Positions 1 through 9,474 of a stretch of 32,000 nt of DNA are shown one piece after another. How positions within the stretch are numbered: position 1 is the stretch's first letter; every line of letters begins with the position of its first letter. Source of the DNA: Candidatus Heimdallarchaeota archaeon B3_Heim. Lineage in GTDB: Archaea; Asgardarchaeota; Heimdallarchaeia; Hodarchaeales; Hodarchaeaceae. The stretch is from positions 30,001 through 62,000 of the forward strand of contig NJBF01000013.1 of NCBI GenBank assembly GCA_003144275.1. The letters run 5' to 3'. The notes beneath the pieces were generated by a model. That model worked only from the letters and a program-made list of their open reading frames with translations, made no database searches and was not told the DNA's origin. A program made the position numbers and the translations under genes.

Positions 1-2
1 AT

Positions 3-371
3 TCAACTGCTCCTAGTATTAGCATTACATCACCAACAACAGGGAGTACGACTGGGCCTTCCATTTCATTAACATGGACTTTATCGGAATCAGGAAGTGG
101 AATCTCGAGTATCGAAATTCTACTTAATGGAGTTCTGACGAAAACATTTACTGACGATTCCGTACTAAGTTATGATTTAGAACTAAGTGAAGGAACTCAT
201 ACAATTACCATTCAAGCAACAGATAATGCAGGGAATATAGACGAAGATGAGATTACTATCACTGTTGAAATTGTAACAACCACTACAGACTCTGAAACAT
301 CTTTTATTAGCTGGTATCTTATAATTCCCATCTTAAGTGGTTTTATGATTTGGAGGAGAAAACGGAAGTAA
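3..371 (+). CDS. 3' end of a cell-surface protein: Ig-like domain, Thr-rich linker, TM helix and basic tail (5'-truncated by the window; not in the ORF track)
   Basis: Manual translation from nt 3: STAPSISITSP...LSEGTHTITIQATDNAGN...VTTTTDSETSFISWYLIIPILSGFMIWRRKRK*, TAA at 369-371. The Ig pattern matches the repeats in 2029..3915. Confidence 0.85.
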   Translation, partial: STAPSISITSPTTGSTTGPSISLTWTLSESGSGISSIEILLNGVLTKTFTDDSVLSYDLELSEGTHTITIQATDNAGNIDEDEITITVEIVTTTTDSETSFISWYLIIPILSGFMIWRRKRK

Positions 372-600
372 TATTTGGTTTAAATCACTATATCCGGTCA
401 TCGTGGTTATATATGCTATTGAGGTGACAACTCTCAACTTCAATAGCCCCTTCTATTTCTTTTTCTTATTGCGTAATTCCGTACGTTGTGGGATCGATGT
501 TTACAGTATACAGAATAAAATCTATGCTAAATGAATTACTTTCCTAATTTAATCAGCTAATAGGAGAAATTCGATTATTAAATTTTGTCTAGAATATCAT

Positions 601-626
601 AAAAAAGAGGGGAAGCGAGGAGAGAG
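601..626 (-). terminator. Pyrimidine/oligo-T tract downstream of the ABC ATPase gene
   Basis: Minus strand reads ...CTCTCCTCGCTTCCCCTCTTTTTT about 20 nt after the stop; archaeal T-tract terminator style. Confidence 0.4.
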
Positions 627-645
627 ATCACAGAAGCTGAATCAA

Positions 646-1713
646 TTACCTACCAAAAGCCATCACGTTTATTGGTTCTATTTGTATCATTACTTCCTCT
701 CCTTCTTTGAATAGCTCATCTATATCATAACGATGAATTGTCATCTTTTTCCTCCCAAATCGCACCTCAATCCGCTCGAAGCTACCCATGTACATAATAG
801 ACACTATTTTAGATTTGACTTCATTTATTTGTCCTTTGGGTTCACGGTAAACATTAACTTTCTCTGGCCGTATAGCTATATAAGCAGGTGCACCATTCAC
901 TGCTTCAATTGAATAACTGGACTTTAGATTAAGATCTGTGCCTTTTACATTGACTTCTGAAGAATCGGAGCTTACTTTTTCGAATTTTCCTTGAAGCTCA
1001 TTTGCTTCTCCAATAAACGAAGCAACAAAAAATGAACTCGGCTTTTCGTAAATATCTCTTGGGGATCCATGTTGAATAATTTCACCTTCATTCATAACCG
1101 CTATTGAATCACTGATACTTAACGCTTCACTTTGATCATGAGTAACAAAGATCGCTGTGAGGTCTAACTCTTTGACAAGGGATCGAATTTCTTTTCTTGT
1201 TTCGATTCTTAGTTTAGCATCGAGATTTGAGAGTGGTTCGTCAAGTAAAAGTACATCAGGATTAATAACAAGAGCCCTAGCAACAGCTACTCGTTGTTGT
1301 TGGCCACCTGATAATTGTAATGGGGTTCGATCAAGATACTCATCCATTTTCACCATTCCAAGTGATTCAACGACTCGGTTGTGACGGAGCTCTCTTTCCA
1401 CTTTTCTTACTTTCAACCCATATTCAACATTCTCTTCAACATCCATGTGAGGCCAAAGGGCATAATTTTGGAAGACCATCCCTGTATTTCTATCCTGTGG
1501 AGATAAGCGTGTTATTTCTCTATCATCAAAATAAATTTTACCTGTATCTGGGATATTGAAACCTGCGATAGTTCTAAGAGTGGTACTTTTACCACAGCCA
1601 CTTGGACCTAGAAAAGTTAATATTTCGCCCCCTTTTGCTTCTATAGTCACGTTTTTAACAGCTTCAAAGTCGCCAAATCGTTTTGTAACGTTTTCTAGCT
1701 TTACAGTAGTCAT
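646..1713 (-). CDS. ABC transporter ATP-binding protein (FbpC/PotA/CysA class, C-terminal TOBE-like region)
   Basis: Walker A GPSGCGKST, Q-loop VFQNYAL, signature LSGGQQQR, Walker B LLLDE, H-loop VTHDQ. Confidence 0.95.
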   Translation of the reverse strand: MTTVKLENVTKRFGDFEAVKNVTIEAKGGEILTFLGPSGCGKSTTLRTIAGFNIPDTGKIYFDDREITRLSPQDRNTGMVFQNYALWPHMDVEENVEYGLKVRKVERELRHNRVVESLGMVKMDEYLDRTPLQLSGGQQQRVAVARALVINPDVLLLDEPLSNLDAKLRIETRKEIRSLVKELDLTAIFVTHDQSEALSISDSIAVMNEGEIIQHGSPRDIYEKPSSFFVASFIGEANELQGKFEKVSSDSSEVNVKGTDLNLKSSYSIEAVNGAPAYIAIRPEKVNVYREPKGQINEVKSKIVSIMYMGSFERIEVRFGRKKMTIHRYDIDELFKEGEEVMIQIEPINVMAFGR

Positions 1714-2028
1714 TTTACATCCGCCATAGAATCATTAACTATCCTCATTTATTCTCATTGTTTGCAAACTTTGGGATAGAATTTCTTATATATCTTTTGA
1801 ATTTTTCAATTTGAATAATACTCATCTCTAAAAAGTGTTTTCTGGTTCTCTATACTGTTATCTTTACACAAAAGTATGTTGAATCCACTATATACCGATA
1901 TTTAGTTATTCAATCTACAACAATATCTTAATAAACTACTCAAAGATTTATTACTGGGACTAGAATGTCTCTAAATTTATCTAGTTCGAGAGAATAATAA
2001 TCATCTCGATCTTTTAGAGGAAATTAAA

Positions 2029-3915
2029 ATGAAAAAAACTAATATAAGACAATTAGGGCTCTTTTTAGGGGTTCTATTGCTTCTCAATTTTCTCACTGTT
2101 TCCACACCTACAATCCCTTCTTTCGGATATGTACAAGAAAAACCAGTAGTTCTCTTTGATGCTCAACACACGCATACAGACACCTGGGCAAGTGATTATG
2201 TTCAAATGAACGAAAGCTTGACCAAGTGGGGTTATGAAGTCCGCTGGTTAAACACTAATTACACCGCTGGTATACTAGCTGATGTGGACATCCTTTTGAT
2301 TACACAAATGACCAAAAATATGTCAGTTGCAAGTAAATCAGCAATAGATACGTGGTTTGCCTCAGGTGATAAATCTATCTTCATGTTCGGCGATTCAGAT
2401 AAGTATTCTGATACTGACGCAGGAACTATGAACGATTTATTGGTCACACTAGATACCGATATCTATTTCGAGCGTACAGCCATCGAAGATCCTGTCTATA
2501 ACTTTGGTGCTGGATACCGTGTTCGCCCAATCAATTACAACACTGAAGAATCTAATGCTAAAGTATTAACTGATGCATTACCACACGGTTCATCTGAATT
2601 CCATGGTCCAGGTGCTATCATTGGTAAAAACTCGACTGGTGATTTTGTTGCCCTTGAGGATTCTACAGGAAAAGGTTATAACCCTGACTTTGACGGTGAT
2701 AACGTTGAGTGGGTTGTACGAACCTCTGAAAACGGAATTGCTTTACCAGGTTCTCTAAGTGGTACATACATGGTTCATCCTAATGGTGTAGAAAATAACT
2801 TCACTATGATGGCATTAGAAACCTTCCCAGGTTCTAATGGTAAGCTAGTCTTAGCAAGTGAACGGATAGTCAGTTCCTACAAACATATGTTTGAGGACCC
2901 AGGTGAATATGATATTCCTCAAGATGATCTTTACATTGTTTGGAATACCGTAAACTGGTTTGCACCTGTTCGATCCCGTCCATTAATTCCTAACGGTCTT
3001 GCAATAGACTATCCAGCTCATGATATGAAATTTGGAACCAATTCAGTTTTTATAAACTGGACTGTAGGTGTTTATAACACTGAGATCCTTGGATATGATA
3101 TCATATTGGATAATTCAAGAGTGAACACCACTGGAGCACAGCAATTCACCCTCAATAATCTTGCAGATGGATTACATTCACTTCATGTTCGAACTACAAC
3201 GACAGTTGGATTTACAGCCTATTCAACAGAAATAAATTTCACTGTTGATACAACAGCACCCCTGCTAGCTTTTGATGGTCCTGTAAACAATACTCTCTTT
3301 TCCACTGACGAAGTGAACTTTACATGGACTGCTAGTGATGTAACTACTGGGTTAGACACAGTTGGAGTTTATCTTGACGGTACTTTTGTCCAAAATACTA
3401 CAAGCGGATTCTACAATGTAAATTTGACCGATGGTGAACATAACTTAACCCTAACAGCATGGGACAATCTTGGAAATGCGGCATCTACAGATACTCTGTT
3501 CGTTACTGTTGATACGTCACTTCCTGTTGTAGAAATAAGTTCTCCAACCGCTGGGCAAACATTTACGGAAGGTGATTCTGTTACTGTGACTTGGAGTGGT
3601 ACAGAAGGTGTAACTTCAATTACAGGGTATGAAGTATTTGTTAACGGTGTTAGCGTTGCTAATGTAACTGCAGACACGACAACTTATACAATAACTACTC
3701 CTTCAGTTGGAAGTCACGCTGTGAAAATTGTAGCTACTGACGAAGCTGGAAATGCAGGTGAAGCAGAAGTTAGTTTCACAGTAGAAGTGGAACCCACAAC
3801 CACAACCACAACCACCACCACCACTACAACAGAAGATGGTACACCAGGGTTCACTCTAGTAGCACTATTTGTAGCCATAGGGATCGCAGTACTCTATCGA
3901 AGACGAAAGAGATGA
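2029..3915 (+). CDS. Secreted surface protein: GATase1/DUF4350-like N-domain, 3 Ig-like repeats, Thr tract, PGF-CTERM anchor
   Basis: Signal peptide MKKTNIRQLGLFLGVLLLL. VVLFDAQH...L..WGYEV...L.DVDILLI pattern. Three ~85-aa beta repeats, two ending VDT.P. T12 linker. C-terminus TPGFTLVALFVAIGIAVLYRRRKR. The N-domain family is recognised by pattern only. Confidence 0.8.
   Translation: MKKTNIRQLGLFLGVLLLLNFLTVSTPTIPSFGYVQEKPVVLFDAQHTHTDTWASDYVQMNESLTKWGYEVRWLNTNYTAGILADVDILLITQMTKNMSVASKSAIDTWFASGDKSIFMFGDSDKYSDTDAGTMNDLLVTLDTDIYFERTAIEDPVYNFGAGYRVRPINYNTEESNAKVLTDALPHGSSEFHGPGAIIGKNSTGDFVALEDSTGKGYNPDFDGDNVEWVVRTSENGIALPGSLSGTYMVHPNGVENNFTMMALETFPGSNGKLVLASERIVSSYKHMFEDPGEYDIPQDDLYIVWNTVNWFAPVRSRPLIPNGLAIDYPAHDMKFGTNSVFINWTVGVYNTEILGYDIILDNSRVNTTGAQQFTLNNLADGLHSLHVRTTTTVGFTAYSTEINFTVDTTAPLLAFDGPVNNTLFSTDEVNFTWTASDVTTGLDTVGVYLDGTFVQNTTSGFYNVNLTDGEHNLTLTAWDNLGNAASTDTLFVTVDTSLPVVEISSPTAGQTFTEGDSVTVTWSGTEGVTSITGYEVFVNGVSVANVTADTTTYTITTPSVGSHAVKIVATDEAGNAGEAEVSFTVEVEPTTTTTTTTTTTTEDGTPGFTLVALFVAIGIAVLYRRRKR
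3796..3831 (+). repeat. (ACN)12 Thr-codon tract encoding the linker
   Basis: aca acc aca acc aca acc acc acc acc act aca aca, read directly. Confidence 0.9.
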
Positions 3916-3946
3916 TCTTTCATCTCTTCTCCCCCCTTTTTTTTTC
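3907..3946 (+). terminator. Hairpin plus T-tract terminator
   Basis: Perfect 9-bp stem AAGAGATGA (3907-3915) / TCATCTCTT (3920-3928), loop TCTT, then C6 and a long T run. Confidence 0.75.
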
Positions 3947-4030
3947 AATAATATTAATAGGTGGATAATTGTCTACCAAATTTTTAATCTACACAATTAA
4001 TTCAATATCCTTCTTCTAAAAAAAACAAAC

Positions 4031-4080
4031 CAAAAAGATTAATAATTCCCTGATTAATTTTATCCGAATACTGATTAATT
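4031..4080 (+). promoter_or_regulatory. Putative BRE/TATA plus direct repeats upstream of the binding-protein gene
   Basis: CAAAAAGATTAATAA (BRE+TATA-like), then CTGATTAATT at 4050-4059 and 4071-4080. Confidence 0.35.
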
Positions 4081-4097
4081 ACCACATTATGGAATGA

Positions 4098-6539
4098 ATG
4101 AATATGAAAAAGAATGATTGGTCTTATTCGTTAAAGAAAGGGATATTCCCCTTATTAATGATTTTTATTATAATTGGTTCGATAACTTCATTATCGACTG
4201 CTACTCCCACGGAAATTAACTCTCCCCAGGGTGTAACTCTTAATATTTTGACGCGTCACTCATCAGAACTGTTCCAAACATTTAAAACAGCTTTTCTCGC
4301 CTCTGATCTTGCTACAGCTGCAGATGTTGACAATGTTATTTTTTATCAATATCTAGAGGGCGCTTGGGTAACTGCAGCACAAACAGGAACAATGGATATA
4401 GGTTGGGGTGGTGGTCCAACACTCTTTGACAATCTTGTGAGTTTTGATCTGGTAGATAAGATGAATGATAGCGGTGTAATAACGGAAGTTGCTACTATTC
4501 CTGAAGAGGTTGCAGGAGCAGCAATGAAACGGTATGACGCTGAAGATGATCTTATATGGACAGGTGCAGCAATTTCTTCTTTCGGTTTCACCATAAACAA
4601 AGATGTTTTGGACTCGAAAGAATTACCCTATCCTAAGACGTGGACGCAATTACTCCGACCTGAATATTTTTCACAGGTAGCCCCACTTATAGCAATGGGA
4701 AATTCACCTGATACTACATCTAATACCAAAATTTACGAAATTATTCTTCAGAAATTTGGTTGGGATCTCGGATGGGGAATTTTAACAGCAATGGCTGGAA
4801 ATTCAGTTATTAAACATGGTTCAACAGAAGTCTTAACAGCAGTTACAAACGGTGAAGTAGGTATTGGTATGACAATTGACTTCTATGGATACGGTGCTCA
4901 ATTATCAAATCCAGCTTGCGAATATATCATTCCTGAGCAACAATCAATAGTTAATGCTGACCCCATATGTTTAATTAAAGGGGCTAGTCCCACTAAACGA
5001 GATGCCGCGAATGCTTTCATAGAGTTTGTTTTGTCTGATGACGGACAGGGATTATGGCTTTCAAGTAATATCAATCGTATACCGATAAAACAAAGTGCTT
5101 TTGATACACCAATAGGAGCAACCCGTCCAGATCTTTACAACGCATATAATATCACGATTACTAATGTTGGTATAGATTTTGATGATAATCTAGCAGCATC
5201 CTATCATGGTACTTTATTGTACTATTTCCAAGCAGCAATTACTGATGCTCATTCAGAGCTTACGAGTGCCTGGAGCTCTATTGTAACAGCATGGAAAAAC
5301 AGTGGAACATCAAGTACTCCACGAATTCAAGAATATAATTTAACTGAATGGATTCAGAATTTAGGAGCTCCACTTGTTGATATGGCTACTGCACAGGCAT
5401 ACTCGAACGATTTGGAAGCGGGAGGTCCGCCTCGTACAGGGAATAAGAGTGTGTGGACAGCCGCAATTAAAACCCAGTATGGTGTTTTAGAGACTGCCTC
5501 TCTGTCGGCCGCAGAATCTGTTGATTCTACGAATCCACAAATTTCAAATGTACTAGTATCAGCCTTTGATAATGATTCAGCTACAATTACATGGAGTACA
5601 GATGAACCCACGACAACTACCATGAATTATGGATTAACAACAAATCTGGGATTAACCTATTCTAATGAAGAAAATATCCTCGCGTTTAAAGATCTTCCAG
5701 TAACAAATCACGTTGTTGATCTCAAAGATCTAGTTTCTGGTGGCGAATATTATTTTGAAGTATCTGCCAAAGACCTCAGTGGGAATTTCCTATCAGATGA
5801 TAATAGTGGTTCCTTTTATACTTTCACATTGGTCGATACTGCTGCTCCAGTAATTTCATCGATAACTGCTTCACCTCAAAATGATTCAGCGATAATTTCA
5901 TGGCAAACGGATGAATTTTGTGATTCTAGAGTTAATTATGGCACAACTGACGTGTCGCTAACGGAGACAGTATTTAATGACATTGAAGTATTGTCGCATC
6001 ACTTAGTTTTGCTGGGATTAGTTCCGTTAACGACCTACTATTTCGAGATAAATTCTTCTGATGGAGTCTTTTTCACTGTTGATGACAATGATAGTAATTC
6101 CTATTCTTTCTCAACATCTGAAACTCGGGATTTAACTGCTCCAGTGATTTCAGATTTTGAAGTAAATACAACCCTAACTTCTGCTACCATCTCGTTCACG
6201 ACAGATGAAGCAAGTACAGTTGTCATTCACTATGGAGTAGGTAGCCCAACAGATTCCGTAAGTGTAACTATTTTAAGTAGTAGTCATGAAATTATAATCT
6301 CAGGACTGACAGCTGACACCACTTATGTTTACTATATCGAAATAGCCGATGCTTTCGATAATAGTGGTCGTTTCCCAGTAGCAGGTAACAACGAATTTAC
6401 CACTGATGCAGAGGATGTAGAAACTACTACAACTACAACTACACGTGACGCAATACCTGGTTTTGATTACCTTAGTGTCTTCTTAGCGATTCAATTTTTA
6501 TTTGGAGTAATCATACTATCAAGGAAACGAAATCGTTAG
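4098..6539 (+). CDS. ABC substrate-binding protein (Fe3+/AfuA/thiamine class) fused to 3 FN3-like repeats and a PGF-CTERM anchor
   Basis: Sec signal; motifs DIGWGGGPTLFD, SSFGFTIN, TTSNTKIYEIILQKFGW, GMTIDFYG, NADPI; three D..P.IS...SA.I.(W/F).TDE...YG repeats; IPGF + TM + RKRNR. Confidence 0.9.
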   Translation: MNMKKNDWSYSLKKGIFPLLMIFIIIGSITSLSTATPTEINSPQGVTLNILTRHSSELFQTFKTAFLASDLATAADVDNVIFYQYLEGAWVTAAQTGTMDIGWGGGPTLFDNLVSFDLVDKMNDSGVITEVATIPEEVAGAAMKRYDAEDDLIWTGAAISSFGFTINKDVLDSKELPYPKTWTQLLRPEYFSQVAPLIAMGNSPDTTSNTKIYEIILQKFGWDLGWGILTAMAGNSVIKHGSTEVLTAVTNGEVGIGMTIDFYGYGAQLSNPACEYIIPEQQSIVNADPICLIKGASPTKRDAANAFIEFVLSDDGQGLWLSSNINRIPIKQSAFDTPIGATRPDLYNAYNITITNVGIDFDDNLAASYHGTLLYYFQAAITDAHSELTSAWSSIVTAWKNSGTSSTPRIQEYNLTEWIQNLGAPLVDMATAQAYSNDLEAGGPPRTGNKSVWTAAIKTQYGVLETASLSAAESVDSTNPQISNVLVSAFDNDSATITWSTDEPTTTTMNYGLTTNLGLTYSNEENILAFKDLPVTNHVVDLKDLVSGGEYYFEVSAKDLSGNFLSDDNSGSFYTFTLVDTAAPVISSITASPQNDSAIISWQTDEFCDSRVNYGTTDVSLTETVFNDIEVLSHHLVLLGLVPLTTYYFEINSSDGVFFTVDDNDSNSYSFSTSETRDLTAPVISDFEVNTTLTSATISFTTDEASTVVIHYGVGSPTDSVSVTILSSSHEIIISGLTADTTYVYYIEIADAFDNSGRFPVAGNNEFTTDAEDVETTTTTTTRDAIPGFDYLSVFLAIQFLFGVIILSRKRNR
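5523..6408 (+). repeat. Three tandem ~100-aa FN3-like (purple acid phosphatase N-terminal type) protein repeats
   Basis: Units start at 5523 (DSTNPQIS), 5835 (DTAAPVIS) and 6129 (DLTAPVIS); each has SA.I.W/F.TDE, YG and Y(Y/V)(F/Y).(V/I) motifs. Confidence 0.85.
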
Positions 6540-6563
6540 GGGCAAAGTTCCCCCTTCTTTTTT
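6538..6563 (+). terminator. Hairpin plus T-tract between binding-protein and permease genes (partial terminator or stabiliser)
   Basis: AGGGG (6538-6542) / CCCCT (6551-6555), followed by TCTTTTTT. Confidence 0.45.
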
Positions 6564-6574
6564 CATAGAAATTT

Positions 6575-9370
6575 ATGTTGAATGAGAGGTTCATGATGGT
6601 TTTCCGCACAAAAAATAGAATTAAAACAGATCTTGATAAATTATCACTCTTTTTTTTATCAGTTGTTGTAATTTTCTTCTTTTTCTTCCTTGTAATTCCT
6701 ATATTTGCCATTATATCATCTGCATTCCTAATTAATGGTGAAATATCATTTGATTATTTTGTAGGAGTGTTTAAAAATCCACTTTATTTCGAATTGGAGA
6801 TTGGTAGCTTCCTTTTTCTAACTGGATTTATATTAGCAATTCTATTCTCCTCGAAATTTGTTAAGATTTACAGAGAGGAGAAGAATCTTTCGTTTTATAT
6901 TCCTACTCTGATTTATCTATTTGTAGCAATTGCATTCTGTACATTGTTTTCTATGGAATTAGAAACCGTTTTGGAATTTTTATTTGGATTAATTTTGGGA
7001 TTATTGTTTATATCCATTGGAGTCATCAGTAATAAGCTTTTAAAGGAAAAATTCGATGATTACTTCCTTACAAATGCTGTAAGAACGCAATTACTATATA
7101 TTTTACTATTGCCAGTTATTGCCTTCATTATTTGGGTGTTTTTCTCTGCAATTATCCAAGTAATGGAATTAACAGCATCATTCGACGAATCATTCAACAT
7201 CTATTTTTCTATGATTTTAATTATTGTGTTAGGAATCGTTTTTTCATTTTATTATAGTAGACAATTTTCAAAATCTTTAAAATCCTCCCAATTTCTTAAA
7301 CCTTTCATTTGGTTAACAAGTACCTGTTTATTCGTCATTGCACCCTTCTTATTGTCGAATGCTGACATTATTATATCTGGGTGGGAAATCAAGATATTTC
7401 AAAAAATCCCAGATCCAACTTATGGTTATGTTATCAAGATTTCGGGTTTAGATGCTTCAATATTGGTTAATACACTTTTTGTAGCCATTTCCACTACGAT
7501 AGTCTCGGCTGGACTTGGTGTATTCTTTGCTTTCGTTATTGCACGATATGAATTCTTTGGAAAATCCATTTTACGGATTCTTCTACTTATTCCGCTTGTT
7601 GTTCCACCATTTATTGGAGCAATAGGAATAAGACGCATGTTAGCACATCCTCGGGGATCTTCCTTCTTTAATAGATTATTTTATGACACTATTCCATTTT
7701 TAAATTATCCGATAATTCTAGAGGGGCTAACAGCGGTTATTCTTGTGCAATCGGTACATTTTTACACACTAGTGTATCTTAATAGTCTTTCTGCCTTTCA
7801 AAATATTGACCCTTCGTTAGAGGAACAAGCAGAGAACTTTGGAGCAAAGGGTAGAAGAATCTTTAGAACCGTAACTCTACCACTAGCTTCACCTGGTATT
7901 GCTGCAGGGGCAATCTTGACTTTCATTCTAAGTATAGAAGATCTTGGAACACCATTAATCTTTTCTGGAGATACTCAAATAGAAAATTTACTTACTACAC
8001 GAGTGTTTCGCATGTGGATGGATGCTCGAGGTACTTTACAAGGTGATGGTCTTGCACTTGCAGTTATTCTTTTTGTGATAGCGATGGCAGGTTTTACCTT
8101 AATTCGACGTTACGTAGGAATACGAGAATACGCAATGATTAGCAAAGGTGGAACATTTAATCCTAGAACACGAAAAATTTCCAAACGAGCCACAATTATG
8201 ATCTGGCTTAGTACAATACTTCTAATGTTCTTTGCACTTATGCCTCATGTCGGAACTTTCTTACTCTCAGTTTCTGATAACTTCACATGGACTCCGACAA
8301 ATCCCGAACACCTTTTTCCAACAGCTATGTCATTTAAACTCTTATCGCCCGATATTGGCGACATTATACGGATTGTAGCAATTCCAATGATCTGGATCGT
8401 GGTCTGGCTCGGTTTCCTTGTTTTCTACAAGTTTTTCAAAAATCGTATCAGATTTCCTGATTCTGAAAAAAATCCATTAACAGCATATGGCTTAATATCT
8501 GGAGCCGCTTTCCTCCCAATGTTGAGTGTTTTTATTTTACCGAATGAACTTGATATCTTTGGCTTCTTTTTACCTATCAATAAAGGTATTGGAACAGTTG
8601 TAACTGATATTATTGGTGGGATAGGAGAATTTCTTCATATTGAAGCGATTCAATATATAGGAGTAGTAGGAGGATTTAGTGATGTCATTCAGAGAACAAC
8701 CATTTACGCTATCTTTGCTATAATTCTAATAATCATATTTGGAATTGCTGCAGCTTTTGTTTTAGCTAGGAAACATTTTCCAGGAAAATATTGGTTTGAT
8801 ACAATGGTTACCTCTCCAATCGCAATCCCAGGCATCATAATAGGATTTGGTTTATTTAGTTTTTACCTTCCTGTCCTCGTCGACTTATTTGGGGCAAATA
8901 TCCAAAGTGATGAAATAATTCCTGGATTCTATATGGTTAATTTCCTCCTAGTTGCAAGTTTCACCGTCCGCCGCTTTCCATTTACGGTAAGAGCTGCATA
9001 TGCAGGACTACAACAGACACATGAAACCTTTGAGGAAGCATCAAAGAATCTAGGTGCATCAAATATCCGTACACTTATGAAAATAACAATCCCCTTGATT
9101 GCGATAAGTGTAATAGCAGGTGCGATGATGTCATTTGTATACTCATTAGGAGAAGTTAGTACATCTCTAATCTTACTAGCCTTTGAAGAACAGGCCACAA
9201 TCCCTTGGATGATCAATGAAAAGTTTAGAGATCCGCTACCTGTTGCTGGAGTACTGGGAATGAATCAGGCTGCTGCTCTAGGGATGCTTCTAGTAATTCT
9301 GCAAGTTATCATTATAACTATTGCAAACCAAATCCTTAAACGGCGTGGAAGTGCTCTAACAGGGCTATAA
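6575..9370 (+). CDS. ABC permease, FbpB/ThiP-type with two fused TM domains and two extra membrane insertions (start may be ATG 6593)
   Basis: Two EAA loops (LEEQAENFGAKG; FEEASKNLGAS); LIPLVVPPFIGA and SPIAIPGIIIG motifs; 931 aa versus roughly 550 aa typical. Confidence 0.9.
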   Translation: MLNERFMMVFRTKNRIKTDLDKLSLFFLSVVVIFFFFFLVIPIFAIISSAFLINGEISFDYFVGVFKNPLYFELEIGSFLFLTGFILAILFSSKFVKIYREEKNLSFYIPTLIYLFVAIAFCTLFSMELETVLEFLFGLILGLLFISIGVISNKLLKEKFDDYFLTNAVRTQLLYILLLPVIAFIIWVFFSAIIQVMELTASFDESFNIYFSMILIIVLGIVFSFYYSRQFSKSLKSSQFLKPFIWLTSTCLFVIAPFLLSNADIIISGWEIKIFQKIPDPTYGYVIKISGLDASILVNTLFVAISTTIVSAGLGVFFAFVIARYEFFGKSILRILLLIPLVVPPFIGAIGIRRMLAHPRGSSFFNRLFYDTIPFLNYPIILEGLTAVILVQSVHFYTLVYLNSLSAFQNIDPSLEEQAENFGAKGRRIFRTVTLPLASPGIAAGAILTFILSIEDLGTPLIFSGDTQIENLLTTRVFRMWMDARGTLQGDGLALAVILFVIAMAGFTLIRRYVGIREYAMISKGGTFNPRTRKISKRATIMIWLSTILLMFFALMPHVGTFLLSVSDNFTWTPTNPEHLFPTAMSFKLLSPDIGDIIRIVAIPMIWIVVWLGFLVFYKFFKNRIRFPDSEKNPLTAYGLISGAAFLPMLSVFILPNELDIFGFFLPINKGIGTVVTDIIGGIGEFLHIEAIQYIGVVGGFSDVIQRTTIYAIFAIILIIIFGIAAAFVLARKHFPGKYWFDTMVTSPIAIPGIIIGFGLFSFYLPVLVDLFGANIQSDEIIPGFYMVNFLLVASFTVRRFPFTVRAAYAGLQQTHETFEEASKNLGASNIRTLMKITIPLIAISVIAGAMMSFVYSLGEVSTSLILLAFEEQATIPWMINEKFRDPLPVAGVLGMNQAAALGMLLVILQVIIITIANQILKRRGSALTGL

Positions 9371-9371
9371 A

Positions 9372-9411
9372 GAGGGTTTTTCTTCTCCCTCCACTCCTTC
9401 TTATTTTTTTT
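9372..9411 (+). terminator. Hairpin plus T-tract after the permease gene
   Basis: GAGGG (9372-9376) / CCCTC (9387-9391), then a pyrimidine tract and T run. Confidence 0.4.
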
Positions 9412-9474
9412 ATAAATCGGGTGTTTGGCTTTTTCTTTCAATATCAAATGAATAAATTATTCAGCTTGTTCTAT

